The notes under the pieces were generated by a model. It made no database searches. It had not been told where the DNA came from and saw only the letters and a list, made by a program, of their open reading frames with translations. From a virus (Duplodnaviria > Caudoviricetes), in IMG/VR virus record IMGVR_UViG_3300042290_000649, positions 1-58,092 of that record: a DNA stretch of 58,092 nt; one strand, written 5' to 3'. The number at the start of each line of letters is the position of its first letter. Positions within the stretch are counted from its first letter, which is position 1. Below, one piece after another: positions 32,801 to 38,679 of this stretch. The position numbers and the translations under genes were made by a program.

Positions 32801-34441
32801 TGCTTTTTCTAGCCTATCCAACTGTTCACGGAGTTGAGCATCTGATCGACCTTCCGGGTCCCTGATTGGCGCGCCAGAAGTTTTGACGCGGCCGTCCATA
32901 AATATCGGCTTTTCATATTCGCCAATTTGCCCCCGGGCTTTTGCCAGTTCTGTTTCTAGTCTTGCAAGACGATTACGCAATGCAGCAACTTCTGGAGATC
33001 TAAGTACTGACTCCGCAGCGCGTGCATCTGCTTCAATTTTTTCCTCTGGTACCCACTGTGTTGGGGTTTTGCTTACTATTTCTGGCCTGTTATCCAGCCT
33101 TTTTATTAAATCAAGAAGTTTTGCTGACTCGGCCGCGCCGAATACCGCAGCAGCACCTCGGCCGCCACGAAGAGCAATTGTCTCTTCCTGGAAATCAATG
33201 CTACTTCGGGCTTCAAATTCTTGCTCTCTTGCAGCAGCAAGTCTCTCACCATAAGGGCGCGCAGCAGACTGGTCTTTCTTTTGTCGAAAACTTTTTGTCC
33301 CGTCTGGCTCCTCAACCACATCGTAAGCGCGCTTGTTGTATTCAGGTTGAACTTTTGCAATTTCTTCTCTTGCAGCAGCAAGTCTTGCCGAATCGGCTCG
33401 AACCTGCTCTTCTATTTTTGCTATTTCACCAGAGATTTGAGCAATGTGCCTAAGATTGCGCGTTAATTCAGAAATGTCGTCGGAAGCGCTTGCGGTGCGC
33501 AGTTTTTCGTATTGAGCCCTTGCCCCACCCTCAAGTTTTTCCGGCTTATCAACTCTGTTCTTCTTGAGGATCGCCTCCATTCCGGCCTTTGCCGCATCTT
33601 GCAAGGCCTTTATGGAGGAGTCGATTTCTTTCTGAACCTCTGGCGCACGAGTGCCAGTCTCAACAAGTATTTCTTTCTTTCCAGAACTTCCAACCCTTGT
33701 GGGTGCTTCCCCCCTGGTAGCATCTATTATCCTTTTGTTTTCAATCGTAAATTCAGCCTGGGGAACAATGGCACCCAATTCTTTTTTAAGTCGAGCAACC
33801 TCATCCTCGGCCTCTTTTAACGACTTTGGGTCGATAAGCGGTCCGGTGTACGGCTTTAGTCTTGTGGACTCCTGCAATGCAAGGGTGATGTCGAGTCTCG
33901 ATTGCTCTGCTCGCGCTGATGCGGCCGTCTCATTTTCCCTTGCAAGGGCGGCCGCTGCCTCGTTCCGTAGGCGGACTAATTCACCAAGCGCAGCGCGCTG
34001 GGAATCAATGGCCGACGAACTCTCCTCCTCAATCTTCTTAACGCGCGCGGAAGCGGCCTCCAACTCCGGCATAGAGTCAAGCCTGGCCTTTACCGCCCTG
34101 GCAACATGCGCGGCGGCAAGGGCCTCCTGCCTACCCTGTGCCTCTATCGCAGCAGCGCGAGCCGCATCGAGTTGAGCGCGCCTCTTTGCTGCTGCCTCTG
34201 CAAACGAAGCCGTTTCTTCCGGCGTTGCCATTTTGAGTTTTGAGGCAGCGTCTACGGCCTTTTTTGCCGTCTCCGCAGCGCCGAGCGCCGTCTCTGCTGC
34301 CTTAGTTAGCCCATCAATAGAATCGGCAACGCTCTCAATGGATTCGGCAACTGCGTCAATCTCGGTTGCTGACTGACTTGCGCCGACGACATCAATATTT
34401 ATCTTTATGTCTTGATCGTCGTTACCGCCGAAGTCATCCAT
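17813..34441 (-). CDS. Giant tape measure protein (5542 aa) with a large N-terminal insert
   Basis: Tape measure domain IRDIANVTPF...AFGF...IAYALGQMNSAGRV..DMMQLANAGV at aa ~2990 (nt ~25500-24850), then hydrophobic helices; located between the chaperones and the tip protein. Confidence 0.92.
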   Translation of the reverse strand: MDDFGGNDDQDIKINIDVVGASQSATEIDAVAESIESVADSIDGLTKAAETALGAAETAKKAVDAASKLKMATPEETASFAEAAAKRRAQLDAARAAAIEAQGRQEALAAAHVARAVKARLDSMPELEAASARVKKIEEESSSAIDSQRAALGELVRLRNEAAAALARENETAASARAEQSRLDITLALQESTRLKPYTGPLIDPKSLKEAEDEVARLKKELGAIVPQAEFTIENKRIIDATRGEAPTRVGSSGKKEILVETGTRAPEVQKEIDSSIKALQDAAKAGMEAILKKNRVDKPEKLEGGARAQYEKLRTASASDDISELTRNLRHIAQISGEIAKIEEQVRADSARLAAAREEIAKVQPEYNKRAYDVVEEPDGTKSFRQKKDQSAARPYGERLAAAREQEFEARSSIDFQEETIALRGGRGAAAVFGAAESAKLLDLIKRLDNRPEIVSKTPTQWVPEEKIEADARAAESVLRSPEVAALRNRLARLETELAKARGQIGEYEKPIFMDGRVKTSGAPIRDPEGRSDAQLREQLDRLEKAGTPSLRSSTPLLEELDRKIAEAKVAYSSAVIDAQRRIQEAVQDVIGEIDFDKLIKTFMKEIAATMIEEFKAAAPRTDEEVAEFRNQILSKAYTPGRATGRRKKSDVEVLRGGALPPEPVPEGAARIAAEAAIGRAIQSSPALRAISMVSSREDEDRGVEERMRRLRSGGRSVSDVLPSGDLREIGTTGVSKGIARARVQLLEIEETELAAIENRTEVEAERLATIRAELREISKGGVKASGGISGLLAAIGIEEDRQLGVIEDEETGVLRPSRSPIAGVQNPLALARVSQLFSPYPSYSREEDGAVRNEEIGNPVAAMLSTRIEKTGKRGIELQTVTATGKDLAEFVDTVDRTVVNIEALFAEITATLSSGKTVKPEIASELRDHLVGLMSIMAAVQKMKIDPSEMNRESAAAMQRIKDVVGALGQGGGGVLGALDFVKSGAATSGAVSESDRPALAAVVARDILTPLITNLDALTQASKNAYSVKQTRGAGTGRADVPGVPFGDYGAAAEESQLRAIAETVTAGDPEEITKILAEAMARNLLDPDALRAMIPGEGTVGGKAKRADLKALSAEPGKFDLGNAETRTKFAEIIQGVPKIMEVLGNFPLLAELVGQDPEILSQLAEEERQAKIDLELLKQRIAAFKEYIPDLASDAPQLGDGSSRVYGYDVFDPVRTSQGVGRPAPVMQRNMETAPLTPAMSQFNRITSLEGLTPEQIQSIGMGMIPYDLQDDAARKGVKDPKDNENVSLAEAKIIAQTVLDYLASMGLQVSQVEVDQSHATTADRGDLPPLPDKAIVTVVHKGDEVSADSAAFAAANELLALLAKIPTVNRGISVTTVDSTDDTYQNAPGYSHVTRGVEQPDGGYQTYASLQVAEKMRTKKDGELVPMMGFGAIASHEGGHMAAIGGRGSVGLSRDIEPIHEAIYDYMMKIQETLENSGNNLPSEVSAKLRRILSDYVMNVPAISEDAPYEQWIAHINKFTGEYLANVMAQLNGHTQGHHRGVAPRTGTFTQETLDVVAEKFGGLSAPGREAYLESDARRSSIGSVRGGISRTYGYGEEAEAPREAMKTEEILAAVTDGLTRKLAIDKQGQIIVENVEPEEGYLVGGTQQEAGGVDQNVPKTSVATTKGLGEALNKFIKDNEAQIRARIMAGVDTWIGMWDQSFTDPRKPGEEVLGTAFDLTEVIPFDQRERAVKLGVAREQRGLGAYRGGEYSGADQINLLPQYSEEQRAKMQSQQITHDRVRGRGFVPLSRTYEFSDDYDESFKKISRQESVGAFTGEDQDKLAEIDKALKASSAKIQSLQEQIDAIYDSDEYDNGSEEDRATLRETAQGLDKQIDDLIASESKLDEARIGLLNKKEVEERKADERQYALVRESLENAIINKGPDIAGFVGGMPPSAAGIAGLTRLGGGISRTDDVLSAGIPQEIIDYALSIQNQMGGLKSDGKVIDDRIAEQILLTALANVMPELESGEMPTEEEDKGNGNKTIKLFPIERIRRNILLMQARLKAQRGQIYGFGEEEDDAVQLGKMETEGGPEQLGKIKREGGVVPLGAGGEEEIPLTFDFAAMKKKRDEERAKQADEIQVDTTQMLPPGEAAAELERRIPDSTTVEAGPRLPPPVATLPPEWASIEPREGGSKLALTSAQKDLIEQRGMEQSDKPRTWNNIMAQIVAGRSTLDVDNEDAKELLDMVLNEEDVQKDRRQAGEPVPAGEQRVVASLIAKLKNIIAANEEKSKQAAETSEDDVPDDDGSFEEDSSDTYAPVEEEKPKPKKEKKPRKKKTPAGADMLSGLITPREAEIDQAEELGVSTDELATLTPAQTEGLIRERQERDMARNAKRDEERLKTAGTRAEAARKRARKQDPRARLETPMEAQIDEGAEVGLSPDEAARVDPSVVAKRKRDADEAKIAELNAADAARLKKIHDDQQARSAAAAAREKAASDRKNAADAAKAKAKEEEAKKAEEAATKAAEAPKTAAEPTKEEYDAQVVADNAARKERVAAQRRARAAAKKAAVAAEQEAAAIESSAVESDRVAAVERATVAESQQQVPAQGAAPARPAAPAGPPAPPSRPPAPPTPPAGDGQQPDDTSRVDAEVNEAIARIGLGSKLPALEAIVARIAEEVEKMVNAKVDEGAKVGISYDRDALKSQIIESNVGGFKDLLTYLDGIAEQSEKLRSQKAMPIMGEKENAGTPAAVAQRIGNATWLPDGLKRQELIKIAEDFDKLGEEVALLIAMSRQGKLKIQQEIQSTAAGKGAGGDDAGDGSAPGGGGSGWGDEGYKAPNLENVYKGMEHLKQLSNIYRELRPQVLHLTGNIDQSSLMMQKQQQAAENVTKALGTYMNVNTGIIRSLKTQVGRAATFLFVQQIGREIATVVEHLQSGVFKFNQVLENTTVGFNTLFANTLQAATSAENDLVPAYNSVGVQIGFMKEQALTFNEALLLTSKAADNMVARIRDIANVTPFRFQPLVEASLKMKAFGFEAREIPDMVNAISNAVAALGGNDEKIDRIAYALGQMNSAGRVYQNDMMQLANAGVAGYRMLSEKMLTDLIALKKYAMGELSGLPDYVIDEMKRLQSVIGSANFVKSFGTMDQMIETLKDPKRAEGLIRNMAKRGFLMGSVAARAITEGMDRQYQGSADRLSRTMTGALSTIADLSQNFMAMAFKPLYDSVRDTIVELGQFMLKSQQITIFIESFAKNVANFVNSLKGFGPALEKVAQIFINVFVGGFGAALERGSQFGAVFTDIVDKVGSGLALIGDILSDKVGRGLATAATLGTIFAKAIMANPMIATITLIIVAISGLADAIRKNTFGFGTYLSVFVDSIKGFITIIADALATIAKELATSAISSFIASMAVAIGALMPFLTVLLGTFSLLLKVLTPFAPILGLLLGIFIAFKTATMLWQVATATLAKPIAGIVTAWNSASDAVTKYGSAVRLTADRHADLRAEKISARDYVKGDNGEVLMDKNGKPIINYNRATEKINSQGYPDPETGERATSMVAAGGKVKGFLGNVEDTVFRGPLGFLKGILTQPREKIFGAMAPDFGDGFTLRHQDSGPGHMSPVFTGQKLQSRFESFQKGGVLQDLGMQLSNAGILEIPGMKDGKLDASANKYTTAWGKNFETLVLIEREASYVMTKAFEKVEAMAARYKSLMDSGKTGEANAVIAEFKKSKEGRMILPMLMRAKGDKRKLGKVSDDEIGTLLGEFHSGGLKLSKRDMRRIETLPPEVQKLIYGEVGKRVASGDSKLTKSESEELEKVRARGISSAALKGGSVGMIQKMAAAMSNFYDVINKKTAQLIKNVPLLNKLQTVKLGGAGTGLSQIQQGEDGGYYYTGKDGNITKRRVSENVVASRRTMRGGAFGKLAGLGGMLSQGGALLGIGSASSRAAGMPNAVLAGLEMFGMGNILGPDLKQTLSQKSGLFQSLGNGIGSMIGMGVGGMIPIIGPIIGPAIGSMIGELAGSMADSIIRGSEAAVEQQKARIEANKKLGLSEEDAKAAAELQSKIDKSLGLTGEGAGGIPFIVNGVQSLPKDVNTEKLTNQLSRKDILTLYDYDKSGSIDGGTEMTNAIAAINSEIMMNLRMTKNIFEKDSAGNYIYTGEDDVANRSKATGMGYVDVPTTASSGIGATPEQYAAYDKLIAQKAAIAAGSVDPNAFAAMFPDLPQTANELRTLNLTEITNPTNKSDKGLGMNQVLQLAGFAFNKEQNASTAFDDAQLRQYLQSGKNFEGVIKQLQEAKDGGALLSAASQKLLDYATLLKVETANSYTDEFGNIREMYKGGIARLVSYDAAQVTATQKVGEDGKTIVEPGKSFTDLLGYKAVEMGTGIGGGDTKYNSLVMQTLTQIGRIDPIDAMLEAGVIKSIDEMVGWSAQQLKDALAKTVEYFDAFNKRAKELTPKVDLKSSRRELMDEFGSELGYKLFDQFFEQRQKLSALEAERKKLGGDSELSRLQMLEDATKDKFKTTTTRTYEGGAIVGSSTDRQAMPSILTTAEAAKLARIRAIDKEILATRYQVFKIGVLEDKRQSASEAIRNKAIQDEAALARFKSDYSAQLSIITTKITQNKSLTRDEIDLMEREAALRDKIFNLTEREVDLGQSLAILEGQGISISNKELLNNQALLQILARKADLQAIANKSSQSAVHWAQLEAQAKVQGMQLAEKQNDLSMARLEEMEKQNVTSFGDAAVAASRDAWWSETSQAQQRAYEAFMARTETLRKTIRLMETNLNSLNAKLKDNPYGYSAEELTKIRELVAQAQGALVGGDQGTTTAAAIQRNTSLLSTMASVAQKAYDRVKKAQQTTHDEYIKQLDEQGKAIDERYRKRTQEQTEKGLLEQLQLSGLQMRSDSADPIEAAKAFYDAKNNLAEFYIEKQKDDELKAIEDEKERYSKQFQENTDAQEQIYSASITRMQNRFEAVSKVLGMDSIPGETLNDMLRLTMTGTLPGMSEAMKRMSTTDIFKSILANAEDVATMGKQTLALGETMGNLEFGQFAAEGGTYSIPASLSNGLSAFNKFTSASGFNVFRGDNEESGLLATFMNEAVSAGLKYTDVGVKDSKTGLDKVFTGATAIRDYLKSIKPAGGFGTAEKDKEKYAVLEYAEALLSGKNTFGTTAKMAILAQRTLEQGLTDFETATKTNINMASILEADLSDEVINKFIAASGETPTAESVKKLRDMVRDTYADVLARFDLEEYVKFADSTDSRIGELSNTVDSLDDAMSHLAGTLGSAQKDLTTLDKILFGTTYDNTAPIPGIDAATEQLQSVTDAIEATRSAFESTMTNLEAYADSLQGPIGAFHQLAEAMALVAGITLPTTGTVAPTIPMRSLLQTPDGLEERMQRPVSEKYNPRGYYDGQGVSGHTNLPPGMVGHAMLLGVYDAVLDRVIREEDEMSDRLKARLKELEAIRFLGSEEPEDEYRQVTAMPVPPITEFNAELKARLAEYAAAFASSIQTVGINGAQTTVTMYNQIPITITINDAQDMNTADLAEQVEEAVGRAIRASGGSYISSPTGSISG

Positions 34442-34456
34442 GTGAATCCCTTAATG

Positions 34457-34812
34457 CTATTCCTTGTTTTCTTTGGGGGGTTGTCCAAGCGCTTCGCTCA
34501 TGATGTTCTTCTTGGATGCAGAGTCGCCATACATTCCGATGAGGGACTCAATGGAGGTTCCGCTCTTCCACTTTCCTTGCTTGTTATTATGACCGTTTTT
34601 CCCAATAGATCCAGTGTTAGAGGAACTGAAGCCTGAGTTTCCCTTGGATGAGCGCTCCATCTCTTCTGACTGGCGCCGTGCATGATCACCAAAGTGCGTA
34701 AGGTTCGGGAGTGTCAAAGACATAAATTGATCTGGGGTGTACCCATACGCATCTGCGTACGAAGCCATAATCCCACCCCAGTCAATGTCTTCCCAGGCTA
34801 CTCCCTGGGCGC
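34457..34812 (-). CDS. Tail assembly chaperone, frameshifted (GT) portion
   Basis: The -1 frame from the slippery site is open: GKSAQGVAWEDIDWGGIMASYADAYGYTPDQFMSLTL... Confidence 0.8.
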
Positions 34813-34819
34813 TTTTCCC
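34792..34819 (-). promoter_or_regulatory. Programmed -1 frameshift signal G GGA AAA with a downstream stem-loop
   Basis: GGGAAAA (34819-34813) in the correct phase; CCCAGG-gagtag-CCTGGG begins 3 nt downstream. Confidence 0.85.
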
Positions 34820-35118
34820 TCTTTGAGCGCCTCAACTGGGTCCGCTGGGCCGCCCTCCTCTTCCGCCGGGAGAAGACCGCTGCGGCGAAGCACAGCAAGT
34901 GCCTCAACCTGAAGCGTCTGAAGGTCGAATCGCTCGCCTACAAGATGCTCAGTTACGCCCGGCTCTTCACGTCGAATGACGAGCCACATGATGTAGCGAA
35001 GAACAGTAAATCGTGTGGTGTCCAACTGGTCTAGTCGGCTATTAAACTTCTCTTCCAGGTCCGCAAGATCATTCAGGGTGAGTGCACCCTTGTTGCGGAC
35101 TACGCTAAGGTCTGCCAT
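34798..35118 (-). CDS. Tail assembly chaperone (G)
   Basis: 106 aa between the major tail and tape measure genes; LTLNDLADLEEKF motif; GAGGAG RBS. Confidence 0.85.
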   Translation of the reverse strand: MADLSVVRNKGALTLNDLADLEEKFNSRLDQLDTTRFTVLRYIMWLVIRREEPGVTEHLVGERFDLQTLQVEALAVLRRSGLLPAEEEGGPADPVEALKEGKAPRE

Positions 35119-35228
35119 GGTTAATCTCCTCTATAACTTCCTGCCAAACGGCTTATTCATTGTACAACAAAGTAGGGGGTTTGAGTGGGGGTGGAGCAGG
35201 AGGGGGAGGTTGTATCTGGGGAGTCGCT

Positions 35229-35281
35229 CCCCCGCCCAGCAAGCCGGGCGGGGGTTTGATTGCGGCTTACGCCGCAATCAA
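35229..35281 (-). terminator. Two consecutive hairpins after the major tail gene
   Basis: TTGATTGCGGC-ttac-GCCGCAATCAA and CCCCCGCCC-N8-GGGCGGGGG. Confidence 0.55.
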
Positions 35282-35842
35282 TTAGGAAGCCTCGACAAGA
35301 AGAATCTTGTCGGCGGCGCCAGCCACGTCGCGGTCCGTCACACCCATGAACCCGATGTCCATGGTGGTGATGTCTTCACGCGTGAACGGGAAGGTCAACT
35401 TTGGGCTAAACGCCTTGTAAAGGTGAACAGTCACCGTCTTCGTCGGATCGTCCGAACGGGTGTGAACAAACTTGACGTACAACGGGCGTGGGAGGCCTGA
35501 GGCCGTCACGTCGTGGTCGTACGAGGTCAAGGTGTCACGAGCGATAAGGCTTGAACTCGTCCAGAAGTTCTGGAGGTTCGCAAGGTTCAACTCGACCTTC
35601 TTGGCGTTAAGTTCGCACTTACCACCGTAGTAGGCCTTCTGAATTGCGAAGTTCGACTGACCGTAGAACTCCTTCTCCTGGAACTCAAGCGTGAAGTCGA
35701 CGTCGCCGGCGATTTCGCCGATCTCGTACAACTTCGACTGAGTCGTCGTTGGCGTACCACTTACGTAAGTGGCGCTTGGAACCGTCGAGGCTCCCTCGTA
35801 CCAATCGGCCACATAAATGCGACCAGATCCTAGTGTAAGCAT
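35282..35842 (-). CDS. Major tail (tube) protein
   Basis: Gene position, 186 aa, beta-rich (LTLGSGRIYV...VTVHLYKA...LTFPFTRED), AGGAG RBS. Confidence 0.8.
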   Translation of the reverse strand: MLTLGSGRIYVADWYEGASTVPSATYVSGTPTTTQSKLYEIGEIAGDVDFTLEFQEKEFYGQSNFAIQKAYYGGKCELNAKKVELNLANLQNFWTSSSLIARDTLTSYDHDVTASGLPRPLYVKFVHTRSDDPTKTVTVHLYKAFSPKLTFPFTREDITTMDIGFMGVTDRDVAGAADKILLVEAS

Positions 35843-35857
35843 AGTATTTCTCCTACT

Positions 35858-36253
35858 CTATTTCATTATTACGCCATATCGGATTATTCTCCGATATTCT
35901 AAAGACTTTGCGTTATAGGCATCGCGCTCAAGCATCTTGATGCACAAGTGCACTACTACATCTGGGCCAGACAACCGTTGTCGGTTAACCAGTTCGTCGA
36001 TCCGCTTCGAGATACTGTTGAGTTCGGTTGTGCCGCTCGCCGACGCAATAAGCACATCCACTACAACTCTCTCGACCGACCTGCCGACTTCACTGTTACC
36101 ATTTAGGACGGCAATCCTGACCGCCGGGGGTCTACTAGCCCCGACATGATGAATTGGATAGACCTTCTTGTCGACCGAAGTCCCAGACAACAGGCTTTGC
36201 AGCGAGTTATCTGCGCTCAGAACCGAAAAGAACGTCTCATACAATCCCTTCAT
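35858..36253 (-). CDS. Tail terminator/completion protein
   Basis: L.AD..LQ.LL....KVYP pattern upstream of the major tail gene; start moved to ATG 36253, 9 nt after TATAAT. Confidence 0.7.
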   Translation of the reverse strand: MKGLYETFFSVLSADNSLQSLLSGTSVDKKVYPIHHVGASRPPAVRIAVLNGNSEVGRSVERVVVDVLIASASGTTELNSISKRIDELVNRQRLSGPDVVVHLCIKMLERDAYNAKSLEYRRIIRYGVIMK

Positions 36254-36356
36254 ACAAGAGATATTATACGACATCTCAAAGGGGGTCTAGGGCTGCGGGC
36301 CCTGCGCAGCAAGTATTTAACTTTATTCTTATTGTGTAATGAGAGAGAATACCCAC

Positions 36357-36629
36357 ATGGCAGACATTGACTACCTTACCGAATGGGCCCACTGGAGGGG
36401 TGAAATGACGACTAAACTTGGCGACGTATCTCGCCGCATTGACAACCTTGAAGAGAGCATGGAGAAGATCCACAAGACCCTGACCGAGATGCGCGAGGAG
36501 CAGATTCGGCGGGAAGCCCAGGAAACCCAGCAGAAATCTCTTATTAAATGGGCGTTCCCTGAGGGGGGTTCTGTTTTGGCCTTGTTGCTGGCCCTATATG
36601 CTGTTATCATGCAGGTGTTCGGCAAGTAG
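36357..36629 (+). CDS. Coiled-coil protein with a C-terminal transmembrane helix (XhlA/holin-like)
   Basis: RRIDNLEESMEKIHKTL... followed by VLALLLALYAVIMQVF. Confidence 0.65.
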   Translation: MADIDYLTEWAHWRGEMTTKLGDVSRRIDNLEESMEKIHKTLTEMREEQIRREAQETQQKSLIKWAFPEGGSVLALLLALYAVIMQVFGK

Positions 36630-36654
36630 CCCGAACCTAGTATGGAGTGTGTAT

Positions 36655-36828
36655 ATGTCGATTTTGAATAAGATCTTTGGTAGCAAGAAAACCGCTAAGA
36701 AGGCTGTTAAGCCAGCCGCCAAGAAGGCAGTAAAGGCCAAGGTTGCAAAGCCTGCCGCTAAGAAGGCTGTTAAGCCTGCTGCCAAGCCTGCCGCCAAGGC
36801 AGTTGCTAAGAAGACTAAGAAGGCGTAA
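36655..36828 (+). CDS. Histone H1-like Lys/Ala/Pro-rich basic protein (57 aa)
   Basis: GGAG RBS; MSILNKIFGSKKTAKKAVKPAAKKAVKAKVAKPAAKK... Confidence 0.75.
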   Translation: MSILNKIFGSKKTAKKAVKPAAKKAVKAKVAKPAAKKAVKPAAKPAAKAVAKKTKKA

Positions 36829-36866
36829 TCCGCCCCTAATAAATCCAAAACGCACGGGAGGTTTCT

Positions 36867-37988
36867 ATGCCCACGCGCTACTGGACTGACGCAGAGCGTA
36901 AAGATGCTTTGCACCTCGAATGGAAAGAATTCCACAAAAAGTACCCAGAGCGAGAGTTTGATTCCTACCGTATAAAGCGTGACCGTCTTCGCCGTGGCGA
37001 AACGGATCTCCAAGATGGCAGAAGATTTAATGGGGGTAACAACAAGATGCCCACACCTTCGTCAATGCAGGAATTGAAACAGATGTCCGATATTGGAGTG
37101 GTGGAGTTTAGAAAGATTGACTACGTTGCCCGCATGGGAACCGTAGAGCGCAATCGTGGCGAACTCATTGTTGCTGCGGGGGATTTCCAGTTCCCCTTTG
37201 AGGACGGCGACGTGTTCGCGTCGTTCCTTACCTTCCTGGCCTCAGAGCGGCCCGATCAGGTTGTTTTGACTGGAGACATTCTTGACCTGACTGCCGCGAG
37301 CGCATTCGACCGAGACCCTCGTCTGGGGATGTCCATCCAGGACGAGTTGCAACATTCGCACAACCGCCTTGCGGAGATCAGGGCCGCCGTCGGGAAGAAT
37401 GCAAAGATTGTATTCATCTATGGGAATCATGAGGCGCGCATGAGCAAGTGGCTTGCGCGCAAGGCCCCAGAACTAGTTGGCATTACTGATACCAACGGGG
37501 TTGAAATGCTTTCGCTTTCCTCCCTGCTCAGGCTCGAGCGATTAGGGATTGAGCCAGCCGTTTACGAAGGAACGGCATTCTCTGGCCCAGAGAATTTGCG
37601 CTCGTACTATCAAATCGCTCCAGACCTCATCGCCACGCACGGAACGTACTCCAAGAACACGGGCGGTGGCGCCAGCATTATGCCGATTGTGGACGCTGCT
37701 GGCGTCTCTGTTGTTGGCGGCCACGATCACTCACAGGGCCTTGCCTTTAAGACCGTAGGCGGCTTTGCGGGAGTCGACGAGCGCAGGCTTGCTGCTATTT
37801 CTACGGGCATGATGTGCCGCAGAACCGAACTTGGCTATCTTGCTCAGCATCAGGTCAGCCGCTGGGCTGCTGGCTTTGCTGTTATCGAGCGCTTTGGCCA
37901 GGGTGCCGGAGAGTGGCAGCCAGACTTTGCATCATGGACTGGGTCGGCGCTGGTTTGGCGCGGAAGAACCTATAGGCCTAAGCCTTAG
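36867..37988 (+). CDS. Calcineurin-like metallophosphoesterase
   Basis: GDFQ, GDILD, GNHE, THG, GHDH motifs; GGGAGG RBS. Confidence 0.9.
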   Translation: MPTRYWTDAERKDALHLEWKEFHKKYPEREFDSYRIKRDRLRRGETDLQDGRRFNGGNNKMPTPSSMQELKQMSDIGVVEFRKIDYVARMGTVERNRGELIVAAGDFQFPFEDGDVFASFLTFLASERPDQVVLTGDILDLTAASAFDRDPRLGMSIQDELQHSHNRLAEIRAAVGKNAKIVFIYGNHEARMSKWLARKAPELVGITDTNGVEMLSLSSLLRLERLGIEPAVYEGTAFSGPENLRSYYQIAPDLIATHGTYSKNTGGGASIMPIVDAAGVSVVGGHDHSQGLAFKTVGGFAGVDERRLAAISTGMMCRRTELGYLAQHQVSRWAAGFAVIERFGQGAGEWQPDFASWTGSALVWRGRTYRPKP

Positions 37989-37989
37989 C

Positions 37990-38679
37990 CTATTTAGATT
38001 TTTCCTTGATAAAAGCCCTGGCGGCAGAGTTCATAATGTTTCCTATCTCAAGCCAGCACTCCCTTAACCTTTCGCTTCGACCCATTTCCTCAAGACCTAT
38101 CTCAAAGAATCCCGTTCCTCCCTCGCCGTAAAATTCATTAATCTCATCAAGGTATGTTGAGTCTTTATCAAACGGCATCGACGCTTGCTGCTCCTTGGTT
38201 GAGTTGGGAGCGAATGGCGCGTACTGCCGCTGCGGCGCGGCTCCGTACCTGAAGGTAATCCTGCCGTCCCTAGAAATAAGCACGTCGCTGATTGCCCCTT
38301 CTGCCCCATCGATAGTAAGGGAGTCCTGGAGGGCGCCACTGTCGACCGGCACGCCAGCCTCTGGATATCCCTCAATGCCTTTTAGAGCCTCGTCGCGCGT
38401 AGTCTCAGCAAACCACTGGGTCATTGCGCCAGGGCCGTAGAGTGCGGTCCTCCAGGCCCTCGTCATGGCCTCTACATACTCGGGGTGATCCGCAATGTAT
38501 CGGACTAGCGCCTGCCTATTTGCCCCAAGTTCCCGGACGGCGCTTGCTTTCCTGCGGATGGCCTCGGCGTATTCTTTGAGGTCTTCTGCTTGCTGGCGCA
38601 TTTTAACAAGAGAGCCAAGAGATGTTTGGCGCCTACCGCGACGAAAAGATGGGGGGAGACGACGCTCCGTGCCGCTCAT
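37990..38679 (-). CDS. Neck/tail completion protein (HK97 gp10-like)
   Basis: PVDSGALQDS motif; follows the head closure gene. Confidence 0.65.
   Translation of the reverse strand: MSGTERRLPPSFRRGRRQTSLGSLVKMRQQAEDLKEYAEAIRRKASAVRELGANRQALVRYIADHPEYVEAMTRAWRTALYGPGAMTQWFAETTRDEALKGIEGYPEAGVPVDSGALQDSLTIDGAEGAISDVLISRDGRITFRYGAAPQRQYAPFAPNSTKEQQASMPFDKDSTYLDEINEFYGEGGTGFFEIGLEEMGRSERLRECWLEIGNIMNSAARAFIKEKSK

Noticed and set aside
11902-34175. Many + strand ORFs antisense to the tail genes (e.g. 11902..12630, 24012..24821)
   Set aside because: Shadow frames of long coding genes with biased codons; no RBS or recognisable motifs.
17813-34441. Virion RNA polymerase within the giant ORF
   Set aside because: No DxDGD/DFDID or T7-type motif set recognised; DFDK and DYDKSG are not convincing. 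A structure search is needed to exclude it fully.
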